DNA from: Octopus bimaculoides
Taxonomy: Eukaryota
DNA: 49,170 nucleotides
Direction of reading: 5' to 3'
Assembly (NCBI RefSeq): GCF_001194135.2
Contig: NC_069007.1
Coordinates: 3,308,804 to 3,357,973 of the forward strand
A program made the position numbers and the translations under genes. The notes beneath the pieces were generated by a model that searched no databases, was not told the DNA's origin, and was given only the letters and a program-made list of their open reading frames with translations. Position 1 is the first letter of the stretch. The number at the start of each line of letters is the position of its first letter. Shown here piece by piece: positions 35,878-47,985 of this stretch.

Positions 35878-36034
35878 ACTTGGTTACGGCAATCAGACAT
35901 CAGCAAAAGACCCCGAAGACGAAGTGAATGAATACCTCGACCGTGCCATCGATGCCCGTAGTGTCGACCAGCTGCGGGCGGAACATGTCAAGCCCATATC
36001 CTTAAAGTTCTACAAGAAAGAATACGAAGAAAAG
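35878..36034 (+). CDS. ADCY5: ADCY5/6-like exon 9: conserved C1b (LGYGNQTSAKDPEDEVNEYLDRAIDARSVDQLRAEHVKPISLKFYKKEYEEK)
   Basis: gttccag| ... AAG|gtgagt; 157 nt, phase 2-0; the PEDEV.E.L.RAIDARS motif is typical of AC5/6. Confidence 0.96.
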
Positions 36035-36961
36035 GTGAGTCCAGATATGCCCAACACAAAGTATAAATATTGGTCGTAACGTAGTCTTCTTTATTGCAGT
36101 AAATTTGACTTACAGTCGTTTCCAGTAGTTGTTATGGGTTTGTCGTTGATAGGTTTGCTCAATCAGCTCATTGATCAGTCGAGAAAATTGAACAGCAAGA
36201 ATGGCTGTGTGGTAAGTAGCTTGCTTACCAACCACATGGTTCCGGGTTCATTGCCCACTGCGTGGCACCTTGGGCAAGTGTCTTCTACTATAGCCTCGGG
36301 CCGACCAAAGCCTTGTGAGTGGATTTGGTAGGTGGAAAATGAAAGGAGCCCATCATACATATGTATATGTATATATATATGTGTGTTTGTGTGTCTGTGT
36401 TTGTCCCCACAACATCGCTTGACAACCAATGCTGGTGTGTTTACGTCCCCGTAACTTAGCGGTTCGGCAAAAGAGACCGATAGAATAAGTACTAGGCTTT
36501 CAAAGAACAAGTCCTGGGGTCGATTTGCTCGACTAAAGGTGGTGCTCCAGCATGGCCACAGTCAAAAAGACTGAAACAAGTAAAAGAGTATATATATATA
36601 TATATAATGTGTATATATATAATGTGTATATATATGTATGTATGTATGTGTGTGTGTGTGTATATGTTTGTGTGTCTGTGTTTGTCCCCCCCCCCCCAAC
36701 ATCGCTTGACAACCGATGGTGGTGTGCTTATGTTCCCATAAATACATACACACATATATAGGCAACATCAGTATATATGTCTGTGTGTTGATGTTGACAT
36801 ACCATATATACGCCAGTGTATATGTGCATGTGTATGGATGTATATATATATATATATATATACACACACATATATTCATATATATACACACACATATATT
36901 TATATATATACACACACAAACGCGCGCACACACTTATGCATACACATATATATGTCATATA

Positions 36962-37029
<68 letters not shown>

Positions 37030-37884
37030 TATATAGGCAACGTCTGTGTATATATATGTCTGTGTGTTGATGTTGACGTGCCAGTAGTGTTGCTAACGTG
37101 TCTCTATGTGTGGTGTGCGAGCATGCATGCGTGCATGTGTGTGTGTGTGTGTGTGTGTGTCTGTGTGTTCCTCGTCGGTCACGTTTACCTGCCAGCTGAC
37201 CTCAGGTGTGTTTCTGATGCTCTGACAGTGCTGCAGGTGTGACTGGATATTTTCAAGTGATTAAACTTGTGCTCCAACACAGCTTCCACCAATCGCGTTG
37301 CGCTTTTCCATTTTCTAATTACTTGTTGCAGCTAATTGTATTGTTGTTGTTGTTGAGGTGGTGGTGGTGGTGGTGGTGACGGCGGCGGTCTTTGTCAGTA
37401 TTGTTGTTACTGTTTTTGTTGTTTTGTTGGTTTTGTCACTGTTGTTGTTGTCATCATTATAGTGGTGATGGAGTTGCAGATTCTGGGGTTTGTGGTATTG
37501 TTGCTGCTGCTGCTGTTGTTGTTGTTGTTGTTGTTGCTGCTGCTGCTGGTGGTGGCAGCGGAAGTGGTGGTGGTAGTAGTGGCAGTGGTGATAATGACGG
37601 TGGTAGTGTTGTTGTTATTGATGGTGGTGGTGGTGGTGTTGTCATCGTTGTTGGTGTTGTGCTTGTGTTAGTGTTTGTGTGTGTTAGGGTGTGCATGTTA
37701 GTATGNNNNNNNNNNNNNNNNNGCTGGTGTTAGTTGCATTGTTGTTGTTGATAATGGTGATGATGTTGATGTTGTTATTTGCAGCAGTATTATTGATTAT
37801 GTTTGTAGTGTTAATGAGAGCATTATTGTTGTACATGATGAGGAGGAGGAGGATGAGGATGCTATCATCATCATCATCATTATT

Positions 37885-37915
<31 letters not shown>

Positions 37916-38140
37916 TTATTATTAATATTATTAAGGTGGTGAGCTGGCAGAATTGTTAGCATGCTGGGTGAAATGCTTCATGGCATTTCATTCGTCGACT
38001 GAGGTTGACTTTACCTTTCATCCTTTCAGGTTCGATGAAAGAAATACCAGTTGTGTACTAGGGTCCATGTAATCGACTTATACCCCACTCCCTTGAAATT
38101 GCTGGTTTTGTGCCAAAATTTGAAATCACCACCATCATCA

Positions 38141-38182
<42 letters not shown>

Positions 38183-38239
38183 TTGTTGTTGTTGTTGTTG
38201 TCGTTATAGCTACAACATCTGTTCTGTTTGTCATTCCAG

Positions 38240-38337
38240 TACTCCAAAGTGAGAGACGTCATGTTCTCGTCCCATCTCGTCTGCATCGTCATCATCTTCA
38301 TCACAATTATCTTCATTCATCTCATTATCATACCCAG
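38240..38337 (+). CDS. ADCY5: ADCY5/6-like exon 10: TM7 (YSKVRDVMFSSHLVCIVIIFITIIFIHLIIIP)
   Basis: ttccag| ... AG|gtaag; 98 nt, phase 0-2. Confidence 0.92.
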
Positions 38338-39054
38338 GTAAGTCCAATTCTTTCACCCCAATCCTAACCTTTAGAACCGGTTTCAGTCTTTGCGAGTTCT
38401 TCAACTTGGAGTAAAGCATGAAAAACAATTAAATTGTGGAAAAATGAAATGAAATATTTTTTTTTAAATATTTCCAAAGTTTTCAAATGCAAGGGACACT
38501 TTCTTTTCTGTCTGTCTGTCTGTGTCTTTTTTTTTAGGAAATATTTTTAAAAAACATTTCATTTAATTTTGNNNNNNNNNNNNNNNNNNNNNNNNNNNNN
38601 NNNNNNNNNNNNNNNNNNNNNNNNNNNNNNNNNNNNNNNNNNNNNNNNNNNNNNNNNNNNNNNNNNNNNNNNNNNNNNNNNNNNNNNNNNNNNNNNNNNN
38701 NNNNNNNNNNNNNNNNNNNNNNNNNNNNNNNNNNNNNNNNNNNNNNNNNNNNNNNNNNNNNNNNNNNNNNNNNNNNNNNNNNNNNNNNNNNNNNNNNNNN
38801 NNNNNNNNNNNNNNNNNNNNNNNNNNNNNNNNNNNNNNNNNNNNNNNNNNNNNNNNNNNNNNNNNNNNNNNNNNNNNNNNNNNNNNNNNNNNNNNNNNNN
38901 NNNNNNNNNNNNNNNNNNNNNNNNNNNNNNNNNNNNNNNNNNNNNNNNNNNNNNNNNNNNNNNNNNNNNNNNNNNNNNNNNNNNNNNNNNNNNNNNNNNN
39001 NNNNNNNNNNNNNNNNNNNNNNNNNNNNNNNNNNNNNNNNNNNNNNNNNNNNNN

Positions 39055-39095
<41 letters not shown>

Positions 39096-39206
39096 GCACT
39101 CTATCGCTTCCATTCATGCTGTCTTTCTCTCTGTCTCTCCCTCTCTCTCTCTCTCCCTCTCACTCACACTCTCTCCCTCTCTCTCTCTAACTCTTCCACT
39201 CACACA

Positions 39207-39239
<33 letters not shown>

Positions 39240-39242
39240 CAG

Positions 39243-39327
39243 ATCCATACTCTTCATATTAATCAGTTGTGTTGGTATTGTTTTCCTGCTGCTGCTACTG
39301 CTGATAGTTTTCATTGAACGTCTCAAG
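39243..39327 (+). CDS. ADCY5: ADCY5/6-like exon 11: TM8 (SILFILISCVGIVFLLLLLLIVFIERLK)
   Basis: CT tract + cacag| ... AAG|gtcagt; 85 nt, phase 2-0; hydrophobic helix. Confidence 0.88.
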
Positions 39328-39764
39328 GTCAGTATCAATTCACACATCCCTAAACTTACTTTACCTCCCATTCTTATTTCACTGCAAAGCTCTTCTCTGC
39401 ACCCACCTTACCTTCCATACTCATTTTGCTACAGAACCCTTCCCTAAACTTACTTTACCCACCATTCTTATTTTGCTGCAGAACTCATTAAGTTACAAAT
39501 TTCCAAGACAACCACCAAACCCATTATTATATTTTTCAAATAATTCCTACCAATTTCATTTTAATAAGAAATAAAACAAAAAAATGAAACAAAAACTCTG
39601 ATTTAGAATATCCGGACGGTTGTGTGATTAAGAAGCCCACTTTGTGACCATGAGGTTTTGGGTACAGTCCCACGGTGGAACAACTTGGGCCAGTGTCTTC
39701 TAATCTATCCTTGGGCCAAACAATGCCGCGTGAATGAATTTGGTAGTTGGAAACTGTATGAGTA

Positions 39765-40035
39765 TATATATTTGTAAACCTATGTGTATATATATTTGTA
39801 AACTTATGTGTATATATATTTGTAAATTAGCTTATGTGTATATATATTTGTAAACTTATGTGTATATATATTTGTAAAGTTATGTGTATATATATATTTG
39901 TAAATTAGCTTATGTGTATATATATTTGTAAACTTATGTGTATATATATTTGTAAACTTATGTGTATATATATTTGTAAACTAGCTTATGTGTATATATA
40001 TTTGTAAACTTATGTGTATATATATTTGTAAACTT
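39765..40035 (+). repeat. Minisatellite, about 11 units of 24-bp TTTGTAAACTTATGTGTATATATA
   Basis: Units counted directly; a periodic TAGC insertion gives higher-order structure. Confidence 0.95.
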
Positions 40036-40108
40036 AGCTAAAGACATTTGCCCAAACTAGCAAACAGTGGAATCAAAGCAGGAACTGCACGGTTTTGAAG
40101 CAATCTGC

Positions 40109-40174
<66 letters not shown>

Positions 40175-40324
40175 ACACACACCTCACTATGCCTACTTAC
40201 TGTCTGTATAATGGTAATGCCTTCAGGCACGAATGGTAATCTTTCACAACATTTCCATTCCATTGTAAATGAACCAGAAAAGTCTTTGACTAATTGTCTC
40301 CGTTTCTTCCGATATTCTTTGCAG

Positions 40325-40441
40325 TGTACATCTCGTTGGCTGACTGTGTTTGGTGCCAAAGTGGCAGAAAACCGTTCCATCAACCAGGCGACTGTCACCG
40401 TAATAGTGCTCCTCCTCTTTGTGGCATCATTCCTTGATATG
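40325..40441 (+). CDS. ADCY5: ADCY5/6-like exon 12: TM9 (CTSRWLTVFGAKVAENRSINQATVTVIVLLLFVASFLDM)
   Basis: tttgcag| ... ATG|gtaag; 117 nt, phase 0-0. Confidence 0.9.
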
Positions 40442-41016
40442 GTAAGTCTATAATGTCAGTTGGCAGTGGTGGTCATCGTCGTCGTGGTAATGGTGGTGGT
40501 GATAGTGATGGTTGTAGTGGTAATATTTAAAATGATGATGATGATGGTTGTTGTGGTGATGATGATGACGGCAACAACAACGATGCAGAAGAGGAGGATG
40601 ACAATGATGATGATGATGTGTGAGTGAGTGAGTGTATGTGTACAACTGATTCAAGGCCAGTAGATTCAGGTTCAATTTCCTCTGTCAGCTGAAGAGGATA
40701 ATTGCACCATTAAAGCAAAGAGGAGCGAGGAAAAGGAGGAGGAGGAGGAGAGATTGTTGTTGTTGTTGCCGCTGTTTGCATTGTTGTAGCCACTGTTTCT
40801 AATGGTTTCTTCATCCTCTGAGGCTGTAAACTGGCATTGATGAGNNNNNNNNNNGGTGGTGGCGGCAGTAGTGGTGGTGGTTGAGGTGGTGATGGCAGCG
40901 GCAGTGGTGGTGGTTGAGGTGGTGATGGCAGCGGCAGCAGCAGCAGCGGCGGTGGTGCTCTCACACTCACACACATGCATTTATGTATACAAATACGCAC
41001 ACATAGCTGTTTACAA

Positions 41017-41060
<44 letters not shown>

Positions 41061-41600
41061 TTATAGAGCTGATGAAATGTGCTCAGTACTTGCTGTAACG
41101 TGGTTGGATGATTAAAAATGACATCCATCTGTAGGAACAACACCAGAGTTGAAAATGTACAGTGGGAATTGGTCACCTGACTGTACAAGAAGGAATTGAC
41201 ACTAAATTAGAATTGGCTTTCACCATAAGGACCCATCTAACTCATGCCAGCATCAAAAGTAAGATGTAAGATGACAGTGATGATGATATATATTTATGTA
41301 TTTCTACAAACGATCCATATATATATATTTCTGTGTGTTCAGACATATATGTATAAATGTATGTATGTTTGTGTATGTATGTATTCTTTTATTTTCTCTT
41401 TCTTTTACTTGCTTCAGTCATTTGACTGTGGCCATGTTGGAGCACTGCCCTTAGTCAAACAAATCGACCCCAGGACTTATTCTTTGTAAGCTTAGTACTT
41501 ATTCTATCAGTCTCTTTTACCGAACCACTAGGTTACAGAGACATAAACACACCAACATCGGTTGTCAAGCGATGATGGGGGGACAAACACAGACACACAA

Positions 41601-41660
<60 letters not shown>

Positions 41661-42147
41661 GCATATACAACAGGCTTCTTTCAGTTTCTGTCTACCAAAT
41701 CCACTTACAAGGATNNNNNNNNNNNNNNNNNNNNNNNNNNNNNNNNNNNNNNNNNNNNNNNNNNNNNNNNNNNNNNNNNNNNNNNNNNNNNNNNNNNNNN
41801 NNNNNNNNNNNNNNNNNNNNNNNNNNNNNNNNNNNNNNNNNNNNNNNNNNNNNNNNNNNNNNNNNNNNNNNNNNNNNNNNNNNNNNNNNNNNNNNNNNNN
41901 NNNNNNNNNNNNNNNNNNNNNNNNNNNNNNNNNNNNNNNNNNNNNNNNNNNNNNNNNNNNNNNNNNNNNNNNNNNNNNNNNNNNNNNNNNNNNNNNNNNN
42001 NNNNNNNNNNNNNNNNNNNNNNNNNNNNNNNNNNNNNNNNNNNNNNNNNNNNNNNNNNNNNNNNNNNNNNNNNNNNNNNNNNNNNNNNNNNNNNNNNNNN
42101 NNNNNNNNNNNNNNNNNNNNNNNNNNNNNNNNNNNNNNNNNNNNNNN

Positions 42148-42179
<32 letters not shown>

Positions 42180-42212
42180 ATGTAAGTATATATGTATGTA
42201 TGTATGTATAGA

Positions 42213-42250
<38 letters not shown>

Positions 42251-42465
42251 CATATATACATATATATGCATTACATATGTGTGTGTATGTATGTATGTAC
42301 ATATGTACTTATGTGTGTATGTATTTAAGTAAAGATATATTATATATGTGTGTGTGTGCATATATATTTATATGTATATAGAGATACAGGCTGACAGATA
42401 AATAGTTGTATATATATATATATGTGTGAGTGTGTATAGAAAAATAGATAGATAGACAGATAGAT

Positions 42466-42500
<35 letters not shown>

Positions 42501-42892
42501 TACATACAAAAACATGGGCTAAAAACTTCTTGAGAAAATACAAAATTGCAACAATTGCAATGTCATGATTAGCAAAACGAAACCGGTCGACTATCACAAT
42601 ACTCTACCATTTAAAATATATCAGAACTCTGCATACGGTGTTCATTTTCCTTCTTTTATAATACATTTTTGCATTACAACTCACCACGTGGGGATGATTG
42701 CTTCATCAAAATTCTTCTTTTTTCACTATGTATGTGTGTGTCTGTACATATATGTTTGTGTTTGTATTGATGCTCATACATGTGTAATACAAACAACATT
42801 CTAATTTATTTCAACATTAATATCTCTTCATTCTCTTTCTTCCACTCTCACTCCCCCCCTCTCTCTCTCACCCTTTCCTTGTCCTCCAACAG

Positions 42893-43042
42893 TTCAGTAT
42901 GGAAAACACTAATCTTCTCTCATGTCTGAAGAACCTCACCAATGACCAATTCAACAATTCTCTCATGAAGGACCTCAACATCACATTGTCTAACGAACAG
43001 AACCTATGTACAAACTTCTTATCCACATCACATTTTCCTGAA
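42893..43042 (+). CDS. ADCY5: ADCY5/6-like exon 13: glycosylated extracellular loop (FSMENTNLLSCLKNLT...LCTNFLSTSHFPE)
   Basis: caacag| ... GAA|gtaag; 150 nt, phase 0-0; N-x-S/T sequons NLT, NNS, NIT; two Cys; ends in FPE as in AC5 CNFPE. Confidence 0.92.
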
Positions 43043-44247
43043 GTAAGTCTTATTATTATTATCATTATTATTAATCCATTTAATGATACATCAATCTGAA
43101 ATACATTGCCTTCCTCAGGCGCATAAGACAATATAGGTTTTCAACACACAGGCTTCTAATCATCACAGCTGTCTGCTGTGATGATTCTAAAATACAACAC
43201 ATAAAAACCTAACAGTATATCTTTTTTGTACCCCTCTGAAGAGATTTTGCCTAATATAATGATTTTAATAATTGCTATTTAATCTTATAGGCTCAATTAA
43301 AACAGCTGTAAGGGAATATTTCATTTTTGCAGATAATAAATTTTTATTAAATGCTATATCTCCATTTTCTTACTGTCTGATATATATATATATATANNNN
43401 NNNNNNNNNNNNNNNNNNNNNNNNNNNNNNNNNNNNNNNNNNNNNNNNNNNNNNNNNNNNNNNNNNNNNNNNNNNNNNNNNNNNNNNNNNNNNNNNNNNN
43501 NNNNNNNNNNNNNNNNNNNNNNNNNNNNNNNNNNNNNNNNNNNNNNNNNNNNNNNNNNNNNNNNNNNNNNNNNNNNNNNNNNNNNNNNNNNNNNNNNNNN
43601 NNNNNNNNNNNNNNNNNNNNNNNNNNNNNNNNNNNNNNNNNNNNNNNNNNNNNNNNNNNNNNNNNNNNNNNNNNNNNNNNNNNNNNNNNNNNNNNNNNNN
43701 NNNNNNNNNNNNNNNNNNNNNNNNNNNNNNNNNNNNNNNNNNNNNNNNNNNNNNNNNNNNNNNNNNNNNNNNNNNNNNNNNNNNNNNNNNNNNNNNNNNN
43801 NNNNNNNNNATATATATATAGTGAGAATTTACAAAAAAAACAAAAGACGAAGATGGGTGTGTAAACAACAAACAGATGTATTAGTTTAATGCTCAGGAAG
43901 GTGAGAAAGTCTTTTATGTTTCGAGCCTAGGCTCTTCACCAGAAAGGAACACAGAAATAAACAGAGAGAGAAAATAAAGGAGGTTTAGTGGCTAGCGATC
44001 TATCACAGCGAATGCTGGACAGAGGGGTCATATTAGTCAGTTGTCTATAAGTCAGAAAAAAAAGCACACTCTGAGAGAGAGCGAGAGAGGAGAGAGAGAG
44101 AGAGAAATTTTGACCATTTATACTACTCAACTGTGTGTGTATATGTATGTATGTATGTATGTATGTTTGTATGTTTTTGTATTTCTCTGAGGTTCCGTCT
44201 GATTTCTTTCTCTTTCTTCTTTCTCTCCGCCATTTGTGTCCTGCCAG

Positions 44248-44423
44248 TATTTTACCTTCTGTGTGTTCCTGGCCATGATCAGCACTGGTGTGTTCCTTCA
44301 GAGCGGATCCCTGTTCAAGTTGTTCCTCACCGTTGTCATGGCAACCATCTACATCACCCTCGTCTTCACCACTCAGGCGAATCTCTTTGATAACAAGGAC
44401 CTCCTCCTCAAGCTCAACGTCGG
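44248..44423 (+). CDS. ADCY5: ADCY5/6-like exon 14: TM10-TM11 (YFTFCVFLAMISTGVFLQ...LFDNKDLLLKLNV)
   Basis: ccag| ... GG|gtaggt; 176 nt, phase 0-2; YFT...VFLQ...LFDN.DLL motif. Confidence 0.95.
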
Positions 44424-44434
44424 GTAGGTCACTG

Positions 44435-44436
<2 letters not shown>

Positions 44437-44501
<65 letters not shown>

Positions 44502-44875
44502 CACTCTATCTGTCTCACTCTGTCCTTTAGTCACTCTCTATCTCTCTACTTCTCTACTCTCTCTCTCTCTCTCTATTTATTTATCACTTTACCTCTCTCT
44601 ACTCTCTCTCTCTATCTCTCACTCTATCTCTCCTCCTCTATCTAAGTCTGTCTCTTTCCTTCCCCTCTCTCTCTCACCCTCTAACTTCCTTCTTCCCTTT
44701 CTCTTTCTATCTCTCACTCTATCTCTCCCCCTCTAAGTCTGTCTCTTTCCTTCCCCTCTCTCTCTCACCCTCTCTCTCTCTCTCACTCTATCTCTTTCCC
44801 TCTGTCTGAGTCTGTCTCTTTCCTTCCCCTCTCTCTCTCACCCTCTCACTTCCTTCTTCCCTCTCCCCCTCTGTC
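44437..44875 (+). repeat. (CT)n tract with about 3 copies of a 60-70-bp CT-rich unit
   Basis: Repeated CTCACTCTATCTCTC...AGTCTGTCTCTTTCCTTCCCCTCTCTCTCTCACCCTCT. Confidence 0.8.
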
Positions 44876-45457
44876 TCGCTTATCCACTTTTCTTCTCTCT
44901 TTCATACTTGACCACTCATTCAAAGCGATAAGTGCCAGTCAAGTACTCGGCCCAATCTAACCGATTCCATCCCTCACCTTATGGCCTCCTACCCAACTCA
45001 ACAAACATCATTATAACCAGTTTTGAGACAGCACACTTGTTAACATATCTTAATGTTATGAGTTCAAATTCCACCAAGGTCAACTTTGCCTTTCATCCTT
45101 TCAGGGTCGATAAAATAGATACCAGTCATGTACTGGGGTCAATATAATTGACTTACCCCTCTCCTGAAATTACTGGCCTTGTGCCAAAATTCGAAATTAT
45201 TATTATTATTATTCTCTTTTACTCTTTTACTTGTTTCAGTCATTTGACTGCAGCCATGCTGGAGCATCACCTTTAATAGAACAAANNNNNNNNNNNNNNN
45301 NNNNNNNNNNNNNNNNNNNNNNNNNNNNNNNNNNNNCCCCAGGACTTATTCTTTGTAAGCCTAGCACTTATTGTATCGGTCTCTTTTGCCGAACCACTAC
45401 CAGCATCGGTTGTCAAGCGACGTTGGGGGGACAAACACAGACACACAAACACACACG

Positions 45458-45492
<35 letters not shown>

Positions 45493-45665
45493 TATTATAA
45501 AATCTGGTAATTAATCACATATTAATTAATATTGATTAATTATCAGGAGGCCAGCACATCTAAAGAATCAAAGAGATTCAGAAATATTATCTGCAATCTC
45601 AGGGGATTAAGGTACATTTTTAAAAATAACGTTGACCACTAATGTGGACAATTAATGTGCTAGAA

Positions 45666-45833
45666 ATAGATCACATCTTGTGTCTATTAAGACCTAAATT
45701 GTTCTCAACATGAAATATAGCAGCAATCCAAAATGTAAGCGGACAAGACGTCTTTCCCGCGTACGTTTTGGATTGCTGCTATATTTCATGTTGAGAACAA
45801 TTTTGGTCTTAATAGACACAAGATGTGATCTAT
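45666..45833. repeat. 168-bp near-perfect palindrome (MITE-like, TA flanks)
   Basis: 68-bp arms with 1 mismatch; symmetric core AAGACGTCTT. Confidence 0.95.
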
Positions 45834-46147
45834 ATATATATATATATACAGTGGGCTTCTTTCACTCACAAGGCTTTGGTGGTCAGCCCGGGGCTATAGT
45901 AGAAGACACTTGCCCAAGGTGCCACGCAGTGGGACTGAACCCGGAACCATGTACATGGTAAGCAAGCTACTTACCACACAGCCACTCTATTATTATTATT
46001 ATTATCGTTATTGAAGGTAGCCAGCTGGCAGAATTGTCCGCACGCTGGACGAAATGCTTTTTATTATTATTATTATTGTTATTGTTATTGTTGTTATTGT
46101 TATTGTTATTGTTTCTGATGCAGTGTTTATTTTTGCCATTGTCACAG

Positions 46148-46295
46148 CCATGACATCCACACAGAGGTACCAATCTCGAGTATAGATCTGAAATATGAAA
46201 CAACATGCGTGATATTCCTCCTGACGGTCATCCTCTTCATACATGCCAGGCAGGTGGAATCGACAGCACGGCTGGACAGCCTCTGGAAGTGGGAG
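46148..46295 (+). CDS. ADCY5: ADCY5/6-like exon 15: TM12 and second helical domain (HDIHTEVPISSIDLKYETTCVIFLLTVILFIHARQVESTARLDSLWKWE)
   Basis: gtcacag| ... GAG|gtaag; 148 nt, phase 2-0; QVESTARLD.LWK motif. Confidence 0.94.
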
Positions 46296-47156
46296 GTAAG
46301 TGGCTTACAATTGGGGCGGAGTAGGAAGGAGTTGATGGTACATCATCATGGCTGTGTGGTAAGAAGCTTGCTTACCAACCACATGGTTCTGGGTTCGGTC
46401 CCACTGCACGGTACCTTGAGCGAATGTCTTCTTTTATAGCCTCTGGTTGACCAAAGCCTTGTGAGTGGATTTGGTAGACGGAAACTGAAAGAAGCCCGTC
46501 ATGTGAGCATTAATGTAAATGTGAAATCACTGGTGACCTGGCTATGCCCAGTGCTTAGAGAGTTTGCCTCCATTGTCAGTAAATAAGACTGCGTTATTGT
46601 TTGCTATGAGTTGTTTTGACTCTTATTTCTAGCAATATTGATGCTCAATAGTGCCCCCCTCTGTTGATCTGAGGTTTTCTCCATTTCCTGATTATTTGTA
46701 TTNNNNNNNNNNNNNNNNNNNNNNNNNNNNNNNNNNNNNNNNNNNNNNNNNNNNNNNNNNNNNNNNNNNNNNNNNNNNNNNNNNNNNNNNNNNNNNNNNN
46801 NNNNNNNNNNNNNNNNNNNNNNNNNNNNNNNNNNNNNNNNNNNNNNNNNNNNNNNNNNNNNNNNNNNNNNNNNNNNNNNNNNNNNNNNNNNNNNNNNNNN
46901 NNNNNNNNNNNNNNNNNNNNNNNNNNNNNNNNNNNNNNNNNNNNNNNNNNNNNNNNNNNNNNNNNNNNNNNNNNNNNNNNNNNNNNNNNNNNNNNNNNNN
47001 NNNNNNNNNNNNNNNNNNNNNNNNNNNNNNNNNNNNNNNNNNNNNNNNNNNNNNNNNNNNNNNNNNNNNNNNNNNNNNNNNNNNNNNNNNNNNNNNNNNN
47101 NNNNNNNNNNNNNNNNNNNNNNNNNNNNNNNNTTTTTCCTCCATTTTCTTATCGTG

Positions 47157-47192
<36 letters not shown>

Positions 47193-47305
47193 GGTAAAGG
47201 AATATTAAATTATTAATAAATTAATAGTTAATAATCTTTACCAAGCACTTCGGTATGTAAACACCATTATCGGTGAAGAACTTATTTAAAAGTTCTTATA
47301 AATTT

Positions 47306-47416
47306 ATAAACATAATTAAGGGATCAGCAACAGGTTGTTTCAGCATTTTTAGCCGCTATTTCTGAACTTCGGTATGTGGTGAAGCAACCTGTTGCTGATC
47401 CCTTAATTTTGTTTAT
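47306..47416. repeat. Inverted repeat, 37-bp arms, 37-nt loop
   Basis: ATAAACATAATTAAGGGATCAGCAACAGGTTGTTTCA versus the reverse complement of 47380-47416: 1 mismatch and 1 G-U. Confidence 0.9.
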
Positions 47417-47417
47417 G

Positions 47418-47475
<58 letters not shown>

Positions 47476-47825
47476 TGTGTCTTTGTGTTTGTTCCCCATT
47501 CAGAGGGAATATTGTGATATCAGTCTCTTATGAGTCATAGAAACCTGGTAACTGGTCCCATGAGACAGTAAATCCTCAGGGGTTGATGGTGAGGTTGAAG
47601 TGCTGAGTTTAGAGGAGAGAAAAGATGACAGTGGGTGGGGTACAGAAAATATCATCAAGGCTAACGCATCCTAATGAATTTGGTGACGGGAGAATTACTG
47701 AGAATGGATGAAGGTTTAAAGAATACAATTGAGAGACAGACAGACAGACAGAATATAAATTCTAACCTTATGACCTTGTAAAACATTTTCAAAATTGGGG
47801 TTTTTTGCTGTTGTTCTAATTGCAG

Positions 47826-47945
47826 GCTATCGATGAAATGGAACAGATGCAGAATATGAAGGCCTACAACCTCAAGTTGGTCACCAATATCTTACCTTTA
47901 AACGTTGCAGAGCATTTCTTGAAGAGCCAAATGAAAAAGGATGAG
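47826..47945 (+). CDS. ADCY5: ADCY5/6-like exon 16: start of C2 (AIDEMEQMQNMKAYNLKLVTNILPLNVAEHFLKSQMKKDE); gene continues beyond window
   Basis: ttgcag| ... GAG|gtaaa; 120 nt, phase 0-0; matches [27 protein letters not shown]. Confidence 0.95.
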
Positions 47946-47947
47946 GT

Positions 47948-47985
<38 letters not shown>

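Noticed and set aside
33926-40035. Regularly spaced repeats resembling CRISPR arrays
   Set aside because: Eukaryotic intron, no unique spacers, no cas genes; these are minisatellites.
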